A stretch of 35,755 bases of DNA from a bacterium (GTDB lineage Bacteria; Eisenbacteria; RBG-16-71-46): positions 1 through 35,755 of the forward strand of contig JAYWEM010000138.1 in NCBI GenBank assembly GCA_043779265.1, written 5' to 3'. The position numbers and the translations under genes were made by a program. Positions 18,901 through 26,459 of this stretch are shown here, piece after piece (position 1 is the first letter of the stretch; every line of letters starts with the position of its first letter). Below the pieces are notes generated by a model. That model was not told where the DNA came from and searched no databases. It saw nothing but the letters and a program-made list of their open reading frames with translations.

Positions 18901-20958
18901 TTGGCTCAGCGGCAGCCTGGTGGTTCCCGCCGTGGCGGGGCTGAAGCGAGCGGAATAGTCCGAGAGCGCGAACGTGAGCACGGGCGCCATGTCGACACCC
19001 GAGAGGCCCGACGAGGACGTGTCCGGAGGCGTTGCGCTGAATACGCGCGCCGCGATGTTCCAGTTGCCAGTCGAGGATGCGCGAGCGATGCGGCCCACCA
19101 CGTAAGCCACGCGCATCAGCTGTGGAGAAGTGGCGTTCGTCGTCGTGTCGATCTGGCAGAGCGACGGGATGACCGTCCACGTGGAGGAGATCGGGTCGAC
19201 CGTCTTCCAGGGCGAAGGGTCGCCTCGTCTCCAGCGGATCGCGACGTTGAAGGCCGGCTCATTGGAAGCCGACGCGTAGCCCGAGTGGAACAGGCTGAAT
19301 CGGATGTCCTGGATGTCCTGGAACCCGTTCCCCTCGGAGACCACGATCTCGGCGAGCATCGTGTCGCCCGGGGTCATCGTGTTGACCACGACGCCGGCTC
19401 GATTCCGAAGAACGGGTGGACCGAACGACGGCGTGAGAGCGGGAAGGATGTTGACTGTCGAGCTGTCCCGACGGATGCCGTACCAAGCGTGAACGCGAGC
19501 TGCGCCTGGCAGGAGCGCGCAGAACGTCCCGTCGATCGCCATCGTGCCGGCGGTCGAAGGCGTCACTCGCACGCTGTCGGGAGTGACGGCATAGCGGTTC
19601 GAGGACGCGTCCTCGCCGAAGAACCGGAAGTTCATGCACGTGCCCTGGAGTATCGACGCGGTGTTCGGCGTCAGATCGAGCAGGACCGTTGGGGAGGATG
19701 TGAGTGTCAGGATCCAGTCGTCCCCATTACCGGGCGTGCCATCGGCATCACCCGCCCAGAGTGCCTGCGCCCACGCACCCGGAGTCGACGAGTCATCGAG
19801 CAGCACGGGCATGTCCACTCCACCCGGCGTGACCGAACCGACGACGGAAGCTCTGAGGTCGACTCGGACCCGGCCACTGATGCGCACACGTGGGAATCGG
19901 ATCGTCACCGAAGAGCCGCCATCGATCCACGTCACGCCGGTGGTCGGGACCGGCACCCCACCGATCCACATGCGATCGACCGCGGTGATCGCGAGGGCTC
20001 CACGATGGACGAGCGTGAGGACGTCGAATCCAGTCGCGAGACCGCTCGGCGTGGCCCCCAGCGCATCGACGTCGGCGAGCACACTGATGGGGCTGTTGGT
20101 CGCGCCGATCTGAGCGGCGCGAGGTTGGACCTCGGCACGTCCGTCTCGGATCGCCGGCGCCTCATCCGTGTAGTAGACGACCAGGCGAGGACGTTCCGAG
20201 GCGTTCCCCTGATCGCTCGAGCGGAACAAGGCGTTGCGCTGGGGACCCTGACGATCGGGGACGATGACCAGGCCATTGTTCGCCAGTGCGCCGGACTGCC
20301 AAGCTTGGACGATGGGGCCGACCTGCCACGCGAGCTCGCTGCCATTGAACCCGGCGCCCGCGATGACGCGATCGGACCACATCGGTGAACGTGATCCTCC
20401 CGCAGTCGCCCATGTGATTCCGTTCCACCGATGGTCCCAACTGACCTGGGGCTCCAACCAGGACTCGGTCAGTGCATGGACGCGGGTGTCGATCGTCGTC
20501 GGTCCAGAAGTACTGTATTGAGTGAGCCGAAGCCAGGCCTGCAGCACCGTCTTGCCGGCCAGTCCGGTCAGCGGGATGCGCACCACCGGATACTTGTTCC
20601 GGGTGTTGCTGTTCGTCTGCAGTTCGAGCTCGTTCTTGCCGCCGTTCTTCTCGCTCGTGTTGTCTTCATTGAGGTGCGAGTCACTCGTCGCCGTGTCGGG
20701 CTGCACGCTCATGGTGAACGTGGCTGCGAACACGCTCGAGCTGAGGACGCACGAGAGCAGGCACGCGCACGCGAGTCGACCGAGAAGCAAGAGCAGCCAA
20801 CGGGCCGGGGCCCGGCGAGGAGGGGGGTTGGGGTTCACAACCCATAATCTCGGCAGATATCCCGTCGGCCTGAACGGCGTTGCGTTCTGCACGGATGCTG
20901 GCCCGGGAGGCGATAACTGGCGCGGGTTTTCGTGCATCCGCATGTTCCTCGAACGCAC
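12943..20958 (-). CDS. Giant repetitive secreted/surface protein (~2,630-2,670 aa): N-terminal DNRLRE/CBM96-like domain, many Ig-like repeats, C-terminal FlgD-Ig/T9SS-type sorting domain
   Basis: 8-kb open frame; hydrophobic signal ending SSVFA; DNRLRE-like motifs (WLEPQVSW, NNGLVI, FRSSD..RPRLVVYY); internal repeats; CTD NFPNPF...WNGRNGRG..VHNGIY...KMAVVR. The start is uncertain (20958, 20943, 20937, or GTG 20838 nearest the signal peptide). Confidence 0.88.
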   Translation of the reverse strand: MRSRNMRMHENPRQLSPPGPASVQNATPFRPTGYLPRLWVVNPNPPPRRAPARWLLLLLGRLACACLLSCVLSSSVFAATFTMSVQPDTATSDSHLNEDNTSEKNGGKNELELQTNSNTRNKYPVVRIPLTGLAGKTVLQAWLRLTQYSTSGPTTIDTRVHALTESWLEPQVSWDHRWNGITWATAGGSRSPMWSDRVIAGAGFNGSELAWQVGPIVQAWQSGALANNGLVIVPDRQGPQRNALFRSSDQGNASERPRLVVYYTDEAPAIRDGRAEVQPRAAQIGATNSPISVLADVDALGATPSGLATGFDVLTLVHRGALAITAVDRMWIGGVPVPTTGVTWIDGGSSVTIRFPRVRISGRVRVDLRASVVGSVTPGGVDMPVLLDDSSTPGAWAQALWAGDADGTPGNGDDWILTLTSSPTVLLDLTPNTASILQGTCMNFRFFGEDASSNRYAVTPDSVRVTPSTAGTMAIDGTFCALLPGAARVHAWYGIRRDSSTVNILPALTPSFGPPVLRNRAGVVVNTMTPGDTMLAEIVVSEGNGFQDIQDIRFSLFHSGYASASNEPAFNVAIRWRRGDPSPWKTVDPISSTWTVIPSLCQIDTTTNATSPQLMRVAYVVGRIARASSTGNWNIAARVFSATPPDTSSSGLSGVDMAPVLTFALSDYSARFSPATAGTTRLPLSQPTSGAVELRIWANDVAQVAGRAEDLIGAIVPSDTLFVRRAAQPLAWALDASGLGGGSLDTVSTTLLLLPAPTSESVVTRSLHLWSDYPGTSGSQDYHGPLRLTASLPASSTSAPEHSVLLTASIVGGGLAARSADAEVKPSIATAGASTVFDAYVMPEVVGTDTGIDWLRVTLPLGYGVPTISSVRVGGASVAFADSSRPDAVIAALATNVQNGQLIRIRFTSIAPTAADATGAKFSVTFDDTGTSLPPQSADEGDANLVADGDSWVVRVAPGPVATMLVVPASLDCPVDSTVQFNSSAWDEYGNPAPPAATWATSPSIGTITASGQFTATTRGIGTVTGRSGSAADSVAVHVHPRPGIIVRSVTGPASLVPGQSIATFEVQLANPSDQDIRLDSLTLVFSRIARGDADAYFTVIGAPALPMVLSADGSASLQIAVRTSLSIPSNWVVFVDAAARAATLSLGIAVRDDDSDNRHALSIGSSDLVVTATQTGGAILPGDSAAVSRIRMLNRNPDPRTLRRLRLTNRTTGPGTQAQLDQALGAMSLYVDDGDGLFGPGDVRLARAVAVAGIATFDSLSIPLTPFEWASLHVVAYAPLAARDGDVLDLRIEASSSLLIEPATTFGNAWPVDPIGGTPIDGMAAAQIGLEPVLARGVNPSAVDQLVLQAVFPANGYEADILQGLSVMNIGSARNGVEISRVRAWVDNGDASFNSTSDRLLGTLAFTGDRWVVSGLSESIPTTGKRVFVSADLAPLATQGTTLQFSFPFGAVPGMSMASANDGPCDRSVTNPFAQIVTDSDRITFEAIPLPPTSAAPGDRDLVVLQLRALNTYASARTLEMLTVANSTTGPGSTTQLDREIRQLVLREDGDDDGVLDATDVDPVIDSGFYTNGRVVFSGLRINLPALSSQQVFVTVELSRTAAADGDIVAAQLVGPEDVALGEPSTVAGNWPLDSGARVAIDGFVSSQLAIFPTPSATVSPGDGPLLALDFVIPANGYRSDELQGVRVRNVGTASSSDVAFMQLWLDGGDGALTPGTGDEVLLGSMTPVGGSWQSPLLSQAVSGAGARLFVSVQISPSASDSVGVDLQIPRDGIVFTSGNDGPNDLDVNGPGALLISTSPLLATLAITEASTVGQTLPLRLILRNVGPETIRDIAPGTLQMSVSGALSVSTGPSPSLVTLAPGAVDTVTWSCLAMAPGVVLLDVDASGLGDSSGLIRTALRTSSGSHRLYLASSDLEMVSAQTMPVNVNRGQSEVIPFSLTLTNPGAVGSSDVRVQSLRIRLEDDAGDPIIPSTLLQRVTVSEGTSVYLVKSILETSGSEISLPLATFAQITQSDPTTLALRLDVLPSTTIPSFRVILDDSLSIQAQDITSLAPVRVQVPGTGYPVRSDLARVVLEATRADATALPSDTVRASRGATAVPLLLVRIENPGVSGISSDVRLSAMGLEVIDASTGSRVPPHSLLSTLRVRTGAQIHLTRALVPADSTALTLSFSPPINLPANTPMDVRIEADVRSLAPLGRYRARLVSPMSLQARDATTRSTLPVFFPQDSVAGAPVQLEADAETLLVAQTPLLAPRLLVGQPAAQAFQMTIRHTGTPGTSRIRVDSLSIACRNEARIPLASASVLSRMRLRWNGTPISVVTAMPSGTGTFTVPLPSMMLEPGETATLNADVDIHAAAPTGLIELSVAAAGIHVSDANSGSPVLAVAYPGSELPVLSGLGRIESPARLLAVGLDSRMPTVIAADGTSVSAGLIVLSNVDSTAAGAILLDHLRVRASDRAYSQVNIGALASRIEAHVDGTLWAQSATLSVDSVTATLVASSTLAIDVVAARNVELRFIPRGGASASGVRLGCDRADIGVVQPASALLTVAIQPRAGSAFPLWTSAGGFSPVDLKSSYANFPNPFAAGREDTRVAYYLRGAARVTLQIVSARGEDVITLLDDVAKPPGLHQSDVWNGRNGRGDTVHNGIYVARLRVRYDDGTSESVVRKMAVVR

Positions 20959-21072
20959 TCCGGCTGTTCGGCCACGAGAAACCCTTCTCCCACGGTACTA
21001 GCAGGGGCTAGACTCACCGGCCATTCCTCTCGAACTCAAGGCTGGTGCGCCCCGTGAGGCGTTCCCCCGTCC

Positions 21073-23340
21073 GTGCCTTCCCGCGATGCTGCATCCGCAG
21101 CGGGCGGCCGGAACCATCTCGAAAGGCTGCCCTCGACCTTGCCCCGACTCCTCGCGTTGACCGTGGCCGCTTGCCTCTTCATGTCGTTCGCCGCTGCCTC
21201 TCGTGCCGCCGTGTTCTTGTCCGAGCTGTGCGACCCGCAGAACAACTACACGACCGATCGATTCATCGAGATCTACAACTCCGGTCCGGACGCCGTGGAC
21301 CTGACCAACTGGTCGGTGATCGCCGTGGCCAACAACGTGGATGTCACCACCTGGACGCTCTCCGGCACGATCGCGGCGGGTCAGGCCAGGGTGTGTGGCG
21401 GTCCGACGACGGTCACCGGCTTCACGGTCCACTTCCAGAGTGCGGTGTGGGCGACCACGGCCGGGTACATGAACTGGAACGGCAAGGTCGGCGATGGCGC
21501 GAAGCTCCGGAACGCGAGCAACACGGTGATCGACATCGTCGTGGCGACCGGGACTTTGTTCGAGAATGCGGACCTCGTGCGGAACATCAACATCACGAGC
21601 CCGAATGCGATCTACACGCCGTCGGAGTGGACCTCCACAGCCGTCACCCTCGCGACCGATGCGACGCCCGGTACGCACCACGGCTCGGTCGCCTCGGGCC
21701 CGGGACCTCGCATCCGCGACATCCTCACTGATCCCGTGAGCCCGATCGCCGGGTCGGGGACGCATGTGCAGGCGAGCGTCGTCGACACGAGCGGTGCGAT
21801 CGCCTCGGTCACGACCGTGTGGGGCGGCTCGGCCGCCTCGATGCCGAATGCCATCGCCATGGAGCTGCTGTCGGACTCCACGTATCGGACGCTGACGCAG
21901 ATCCCGGCGCAGGTCGCCGGCGCGACGATCCATTGTCAGGTGCAAACGGTCGGCGCTTCGGCCAGCAGTCAGTCCTCGACCTTGAGCTACACGATGCCGG
22001 GTGGTGGCGGAGGTGGCGCGCCCACGGTGGTCGCGGTGGGCGAGATGAGCGATTCGACGCTGCTCGTCCACTTCAGCGAACCGGTCGAGGAGGTCAGCGC
22101 CGAGACTCCGACGAATTACACGGTCGGAGCACTCGTGGCCGTCGATGCTGTCCGCGACCCGCAGCTCACCTCGCAGGTGCTGATCACGGTGCGCAACATC
22201 CCGTTCGGCGTACGAACGCTGTCGGTGAGCGGGGTCGCCGACCTGTCCGCGAACGTGGCCGTCGTCGCGACGCGCAACTTCACGTATATCGACGTGAGCA
22301 TCCCGGCCGGTTACTACAATGGCATCATCGGCCTGCGTGGTTCCGCGCTTCGCGTCGCGCTCAACAACCGGATCAGGAACCACACCGTGGTCAGCTATTC
22401 GGGTGCCCTGACGGCCTATGGCACCACTGACGTGAAGCCCAACGGCAAGATCTGGGACGTCTACTCCGACGTGCCCGGCGGCACGCCGCCATACGAGTAC
22501 AACGTCGGCCAGACGGGGCAGGGGGGCTCGGAAGGGCTCGGCTACAACCGGGAGCATTCCTTCCCTCAGTCGTGGTTCAACGGCTCCTCGCCGATGTACT
22601 CCGACCTCTTCATGCTCTACCCGACGGACTCCTACGTGAACGGGGCGCGGGGCAACTACCCGTTCGGCAAGGTCGGCAACGTGGACTACACGTCGCAGAA
22701 TGGCAGCCGTCGCGGATCGAGCAGCAGCCCCGGCTATTCGGGAACCGTGTTCGAGCCGATCGACGCCTTCAAGGGCGACCTGGTGCGTTCGATGTTCTAC
22801 GTCTCGGCGCGCTACCTCGGTCAGGATTCGAGCTGGCCCGGTAGCCCCGCGTGTGACGGGGCGCAGTGGTACACGTGGGCGGCAGAGCAGTACCTCGCGT
22901 GGAGCCAGGCCGACCCCGTCAGCTGGAAGGAGCGGTTGCGCAACGGAGCCATCTACACGTACCAGGGCAACCGCAATCCGTTCATCGACCATCCCGAGTT
23001 CGCGCTCGCGATCTACGACTCCAACGCGGTCCTCGATGTGGCGGATGCTCGCCCGAGCGAGACGATGCGCCTCCACCCGAGTGCGCCCAATCCCTTCCGC
23101 ACGACCACGATGATCGGATTCGAGCTGGCGCGGCGATCCCCGGTCTCGCTGCGGATCTTCGATGTGACCGGCCGGCAGGTCCGCACGCTCGCCCTGGGCG
23201 GTTCATGGGAGGCCGGCAGCCACTCGCTCGAGTGGAACGGGCGCGACGACTCCGGGGTGCTGCTCCGGGCCGGGCTCTACCTGTGCAAGCTCGATGCGCA
23301 CGCGGCGAGCGAGACCCGTCGGATCGTGCTCACGCGCTGA
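21073..23340 (+). CDS. Secreted endonuclease I-family nuclease with lamin-tail-like and Ig-like domains and a FlgD-Ig/T9SS-type CTD
   Basis: Signal peptide ending ASRA; lamin-tail-like FLSEL..FIEIYNSG..VDLTNW; nuclease motifs YNREHSFPQSWF, VNGARGNYPFG, FEP..KGD..R..FY and QGNRNPFIDHP; CTD APNPF..FDVTGR.VRTL..WNGRD..GLY. Start approximate. Confidence 0.9.
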   Translation: MPSRDAASAAGGRNHLERLPSTLPRLLALTVAACLFMSFAAASRAAVFLSELCDPQNNYTTDRFIEIYNSGPDAVDLTNWSVIAVANNVDVTTWTLSGTIAAGQARVCGGPTTVTGFTVHFQSAVWATTAGYMNWNGKVGDGAKLRNASNTVIDIVVATGTLFENADLVRNINITSPNAIYTPSEWTSTAVTLATDATPGTHHGSVASGPGPRIRDILTDPVSPIAGSGTHVQASVVDTSGAIASVTTVWGGSAASMPNAIAMELLSDSTYRTLTQIPAQVAGATIHCQVQTVGASASSQSSTLSYTMPGGGGGGAPTVVAVGEMSDSTLLVHFSEPVEEVSAETPTNYTVGALVAVDAVRDPQLTSQVLITVRNIPFGVRTLSVSGVADLSANVAVVATRNFTYIDVSIPAGYYNGIIGLRGSALRVALNNRIRNHTVVSYSGALTAYGTTDVKPNGKIWDVYSDVPGGTPPYEYNVGQTGQGGSEGLGYNREHSFPQSWFNGSSPMYSDLFMLYPTDSYVNGARGNYPFGKVGNVDYTSQNGSRRGSSSSPGYSGTVFEPIDAFKGDLVRSMFYVSARYLGQDSSWPGSPACDGAQWYTWAAEQYLAWSQADPVSWKERLRNGAIYTYQGNRNPFIDHPEFALAIYDSNAVLDVADARPSETMRLHPSAPNPFRTTTMIGFELARRSPVSLRIFDVTGRQVRTLALGGSWEAGSHSLEWNGRDDSGVLLRAGLYLCKLDAHAASETRRIVLTR

Positions 23341-23359
23341 TCGAGCACCAGAGAATGCG

Positions 23360-23395
23360 AACGAGCCGCTCCTCATCCAAGAGGAGCGGCTCGTT
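23360..23395. terminator. Likely bidirectional intrinsic terminator between convergent genes
   Basis: Perfect 15-bp inverted repeat AACGAGCCGCTCCTC-ATCCAA-GAGGAGCGGCTCGTT between the stops at 23340 (+) and 23413 (-). Confidence 0.8.
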
Positions 23396-23412
23396 TCGTC
23401 GCGCGGCTGTCG

Positions 23413-24240
23413 CTAGCTCGAACGCCTCAATCCCGACTCGCGCTTCCTCGCCCAACCATCCAGCCAGCGAATGGGAGCCGGCGGCGGCTTGATCGCGAAG
23501 TCCTTCGCCGTCGCCCGGCGTCCCTCGAGCAGCAGCTCCTTGGGCTGGTGATAAGTGCCGAGCACCCAATCGGCGACCGGCAGTCCGAAGAAACCGGAGA
23601 TCGCCTCATTGCACGAGATGTTGGCGTGATGCATGTGGTGGAACCCGTAGATCTTGGTCCACACGCCCCCGAACTGGGGATGCTCGGTCGCCTGCTTCCA
23701 CCAGTCGTAGGAGAAGTGCTCGATCGCGTGCAGGATCTCGTAGAGCGCCATGGACCACGTGATCGCGGCGAAGCCACCGATCATGATCGGCTGGCTCGGC
23801 AGCAGGAGCTGCAGGCCGATCAGAAGCGGCGAGAAGATGACCCAGAATGCGGCCAGCGCCCACGGCGGGAACGAGGAGTCCTCGTACTGCTCTTCATGGA
23901 GGATCGGGTATTCGTTCAGGATGTAGCGGTCCGAGCCCTGCGAGACGGGGTTCAACTTGATCGCTGTCAGGCCATGGTGATTTCGATGCGAGTGCGCGAA
24001 GTAGGCGAGCCAGGGGGCCGTCACGGCATGCAGCACATAGCGGTGGAATGCCCACTCGAAGAAGCACATGAACAGGTGCATCCCGAGGAAGACCACCACG
24101 ATCGGGAGGATGCCGCCGGCGAACTGGGCCGCCCAGACGGTCGGGAAGAAGAAACGGAAGCCCAGCAGCAGAATGGCGATCTGGGCCACAGCCTGCACAC
24201 TGAACCAGAAAATCGAGAACTTCTTGTGAACGGTCGTCAT
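23413..24240 (-). CDS. Fatty acid hydroxylase / sterol desaturase-superfamily membrane protein
   Basis: Several TM segments and four His boxes: HRYVLH, HRNHH, HAIEH and HHMHH. Start MTTVHKK has GGAG upstream. Confidence 0.75.
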   Translation of the reverse strand: MTTVHKKFSIFWFSVQAVAQIAILLLGFRFFFPTVWAAQFAGGILPIVVVFLGMHLFMCFFEWAFHRYVLHAVTAPWLAYFAHSHRNHHGLTAIKLNPVSQGSDRYILNEYPILHEEQYEDSSFPPWALAAFWVIFSPLLIGLQLLLPSQPIMIGGFAAITWSMALYEILHAIEHFSYDWWKQATEHPQFGGVWTKIYGFHHMHHANISCNEAISGFFGLPVADWVLGTYHQPKELLLEGRRATAKDFAIKPPPAPIRWLDGWARKRESGLRRSS

Positions 24241-24480
24241 GACCACAGGCTCCGTGAATGGGCGAGGTGGGTATGCTGCCATACGAATCGCCAAGCTATC
24301 ACGTCTCCGCCGAACTGGCGCACGGATCCCCGAGCCGCGGGGCACCTACCTTGGGATGATGCTCTCGGGGGTCGCCGAGGTCGGCTGCGGGCGGCTGCGC
24401 CGCATTCGTGCTGTAATCCGGCTCATGAATCCGACGCCTCGAATCCTCTGCCCGATCCGCACGCTCGCCGCCGGCCGTCG

Positions 24481-25644
24481 ATGAGCTTCCTCGACCTCCA
24501 GGTGAGTCCCGAACTCGTCACCGCTCTCGCCAAGCTGCAGATCACCGAGCCCATGCCCATCCAGCGCGTGGCGCTGCCGGAACTGCTGGCCGGTCGTGAC
24601 GCCTATCTGTGCGCCGAGACCGGCACCGGCAAGACGCTCGCCTACCTGCTCCCGATCTTCTGTCGGCTCGATCTGACGCAGCAGGCGACTCAGGCGGTGA
24701 TCGTCTCGCCGACGCACGAGCTCTCGATCCAGATCCAGCGGCAGTGCACCGATCTGTCGCAGCACGCTGGGCTCGCGGTCCGGACCCTGCTGCTGATCGG
24801 CGGCACGTCGATGGATCGCCAGCTCGACAAGCTGAAGAAGAAGCCGCACATCGTCGTCGGGTCGCCGGGCCGCATCCTCGACCTGCTCCGCATGGGCAAG
24901 CTGAAGTCCGCCGGCATTCGGACACTCGTACTCGACGAAGCTGACCGACTCCTGACGCAGGAGAGCCTGCCCGACGTTCGCGCCATCATCAAAGCCGCGC
25001 CGAGCGACCGGCAGCTGATTTTCGCATCGGCCACCGAGCAGCAGGAGAGTGCACAGGTCATTGCCAAGCTCGCGCCCGAGTCGGTGATGCTGAAGGCCGG
25101 GACCGCCGCCGTGAATGAGAACATCGAGCATCTCTATCTGGTGTGCGAGCCGCGTGAGAAGCCCGACGTCTTGCGCAAGCTGCTCTATGCGCTGACACCC
25201 GAGCGAGCCATCGTGTTCGTGCATCGGGCTGAAACGGCCGAGAGCGTCGCCTCGAAGTTGGCCCACCACGAGATCCCGGCAGCGGACCTCCATGGCGCGA
25301 GGGACAAGCTCGATCGCAAGCGCGCGATGGAGGACTTCCGCGACGCTCGGGTTCGCGTGCTCATCGCCTCGGATATCGCGGCGCGGGGCCTCGACATCAA
25401 GGGCATCACGCACATCTTCAATCTCGACGCGCCGACCGAGAGCAAGGCCTATCTCCATCGAGTCGGCCGCACCGCGAGGGCCGGTGCGAGAGGGCAGGCG
25501 GTGACGCTGATGACCGAGGGCGACCTGCGGCTGGTGGACCGCTACGAAGAGGAGCTCGGCATCCAACTGCATCGCATGCGGCTGCGCGAGGGACGATTGA
25601 TCGCCGCCGATGGGGGCGAGGCGAAGGGCCGGAGAGGGCGATGA
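24481..25644 (+). CDS. DEAD-box RNA helicase (minimal core)
   Basis: Q motif (F..L...PMPIQ), AETGTGKT, PTHEL, GG, SPGRI, DEAD, SAT, ARGLDI and HRVGRTAR. The true start is MSFLDL, not 23548. Confidence 0.95.
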   Translation: MSFLDLQVSPELVTALAKLQITEPMPIQRVALPELLAGRDAYLCAETGTGKTLAYLLPIFCRLDLTQQATQAVIVSPTHELSIQIQRQCTDLSQHAGLAVRTLLLIGGTSMDRQLDKLKKKPHIVVGSPGRILDLLRMGKLKSAGIRTLVLDEADRLLTQESLPDVRAIIKAAPSDRQLIFASATEQQESAQVIAKLAPESVMLKAGTAAVNENIEHLYLVCEPREKPDVLRKLLYALTPERAIVFVHRAETAESVASKLAHHEIPAADLHGARDKLDRKRAMEDFRDARVRVLIASDIAARGLDIKGITHIFNLDAPTESKAYLHRVGRTARAGARGQAVTLMTEGDLRLVDRYEEELGIQLHRMRLREGRLIAADGGEAKGRRGR

Positions 25645-26312
25645 TCCCGTGGCGCGAGTTGGCGCGAGTCGATGTGCCCGAAGGCACGGCGCCACTCGTG
25701 CTCTCGCAGCGAGGCTCGGAGTTCATGATCCGGCTGGGCTCGCTTGCGCTGATGGGGAGCCACGCGCACGGCTCGGAGGAGGCGCTCGCCGAGTTGGCCT
25801 GCGACTCGATCGCGGATCGCCCGAGGGCGCGGGTGTTGATCGGTGGGCTCGGCATGGGCTTCACGCTGGCGGCAGCGCTTCAGCGCCTGCGCCCGGACGC
25901 GAACGTCACGGTGGCCGAGTTGATCCCCGCGGTCATCGACTGGAACCGGGGCCCGTTGGCTCCGCTTGCTGGCCGCCCGCTCGAGGATCCGCGCACCGAC
26001 GTGTTCGAGGGGGATGTCCACGAGGCGATGAGCGGGCGCGGTTCGTTCGATGCGATCGTGCTCGATGTCGACAACAGTCCGAATGGGCTGACGCGCGACT
26101 CGAACGACCGGCTCTATTCGCCGACCGGGTTGCAACGCGCGCGAGAGGCGCTGCGGCGCTCGGGCGTTCTGGGTGTGTGGTCGGTGGCGCCGGATGATGC
26201 GTTCTCGAGGCGCTTGGGTGCCGCAGGGTTCCTCGTCTCCGAGCATCAAGTGCGAGCGAGACGGACCAAGGGCGGACGCCACACGCTGTGGGTGGGGACG
26301 CGCACGTCCTGA
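25641..26312 (+). CDS. Spermidine synthase-like class I SAM-dependent methyltransferase
   Basis: SEEALA, VLIGGLGMGFTL, VAEL.PAV..WNR, FDAIVLDVDNSP and GVLGVWS; ATGA overlap with the helicase stop. Confidence 0.85.
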   Translation: MIPWRELARVDVPEGTAPLVLSQRGSEFMIRLGSLALMGSHAHGSEEALAELACDSIADRPRARVLIGGLGMGFTLAAALQRLRPDANVTVAELIPAVIDWNRGPLAPLAGRPLEDPRTDVFEGDVHEAMSGRGSFDAIVLDVDNSPNGLTRDSNDRLYSPTGLQRAREALRRSGVLGVWSVAPDDAFSRRLGAAGFLVSEHQVRARRTKGGRHTLWVGTRTS

Positions 26313-26459
26313 AGTGCGCAGAGAGTGAAGCGGGGCAGGACCGCTTGCCCAGATGGCGAACAATCTCCGTGCCGCGACACGCTCGACGAGAGCCCAAACT
26401 TCCCTAGGTGGGGCCCAGGCCCGGGCCTATGCTCAAAGGAGGAAGGGAGGCGCCAACCG

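Noticed and set aside
23548..24480. Apparent 311-aa N-terminal extension on the DEAD-box helicase
   Set aside because: It overlaps the His-box hydroxylase gene on the opposite strand, and helicase similarity starts at MSFLDL (24481).
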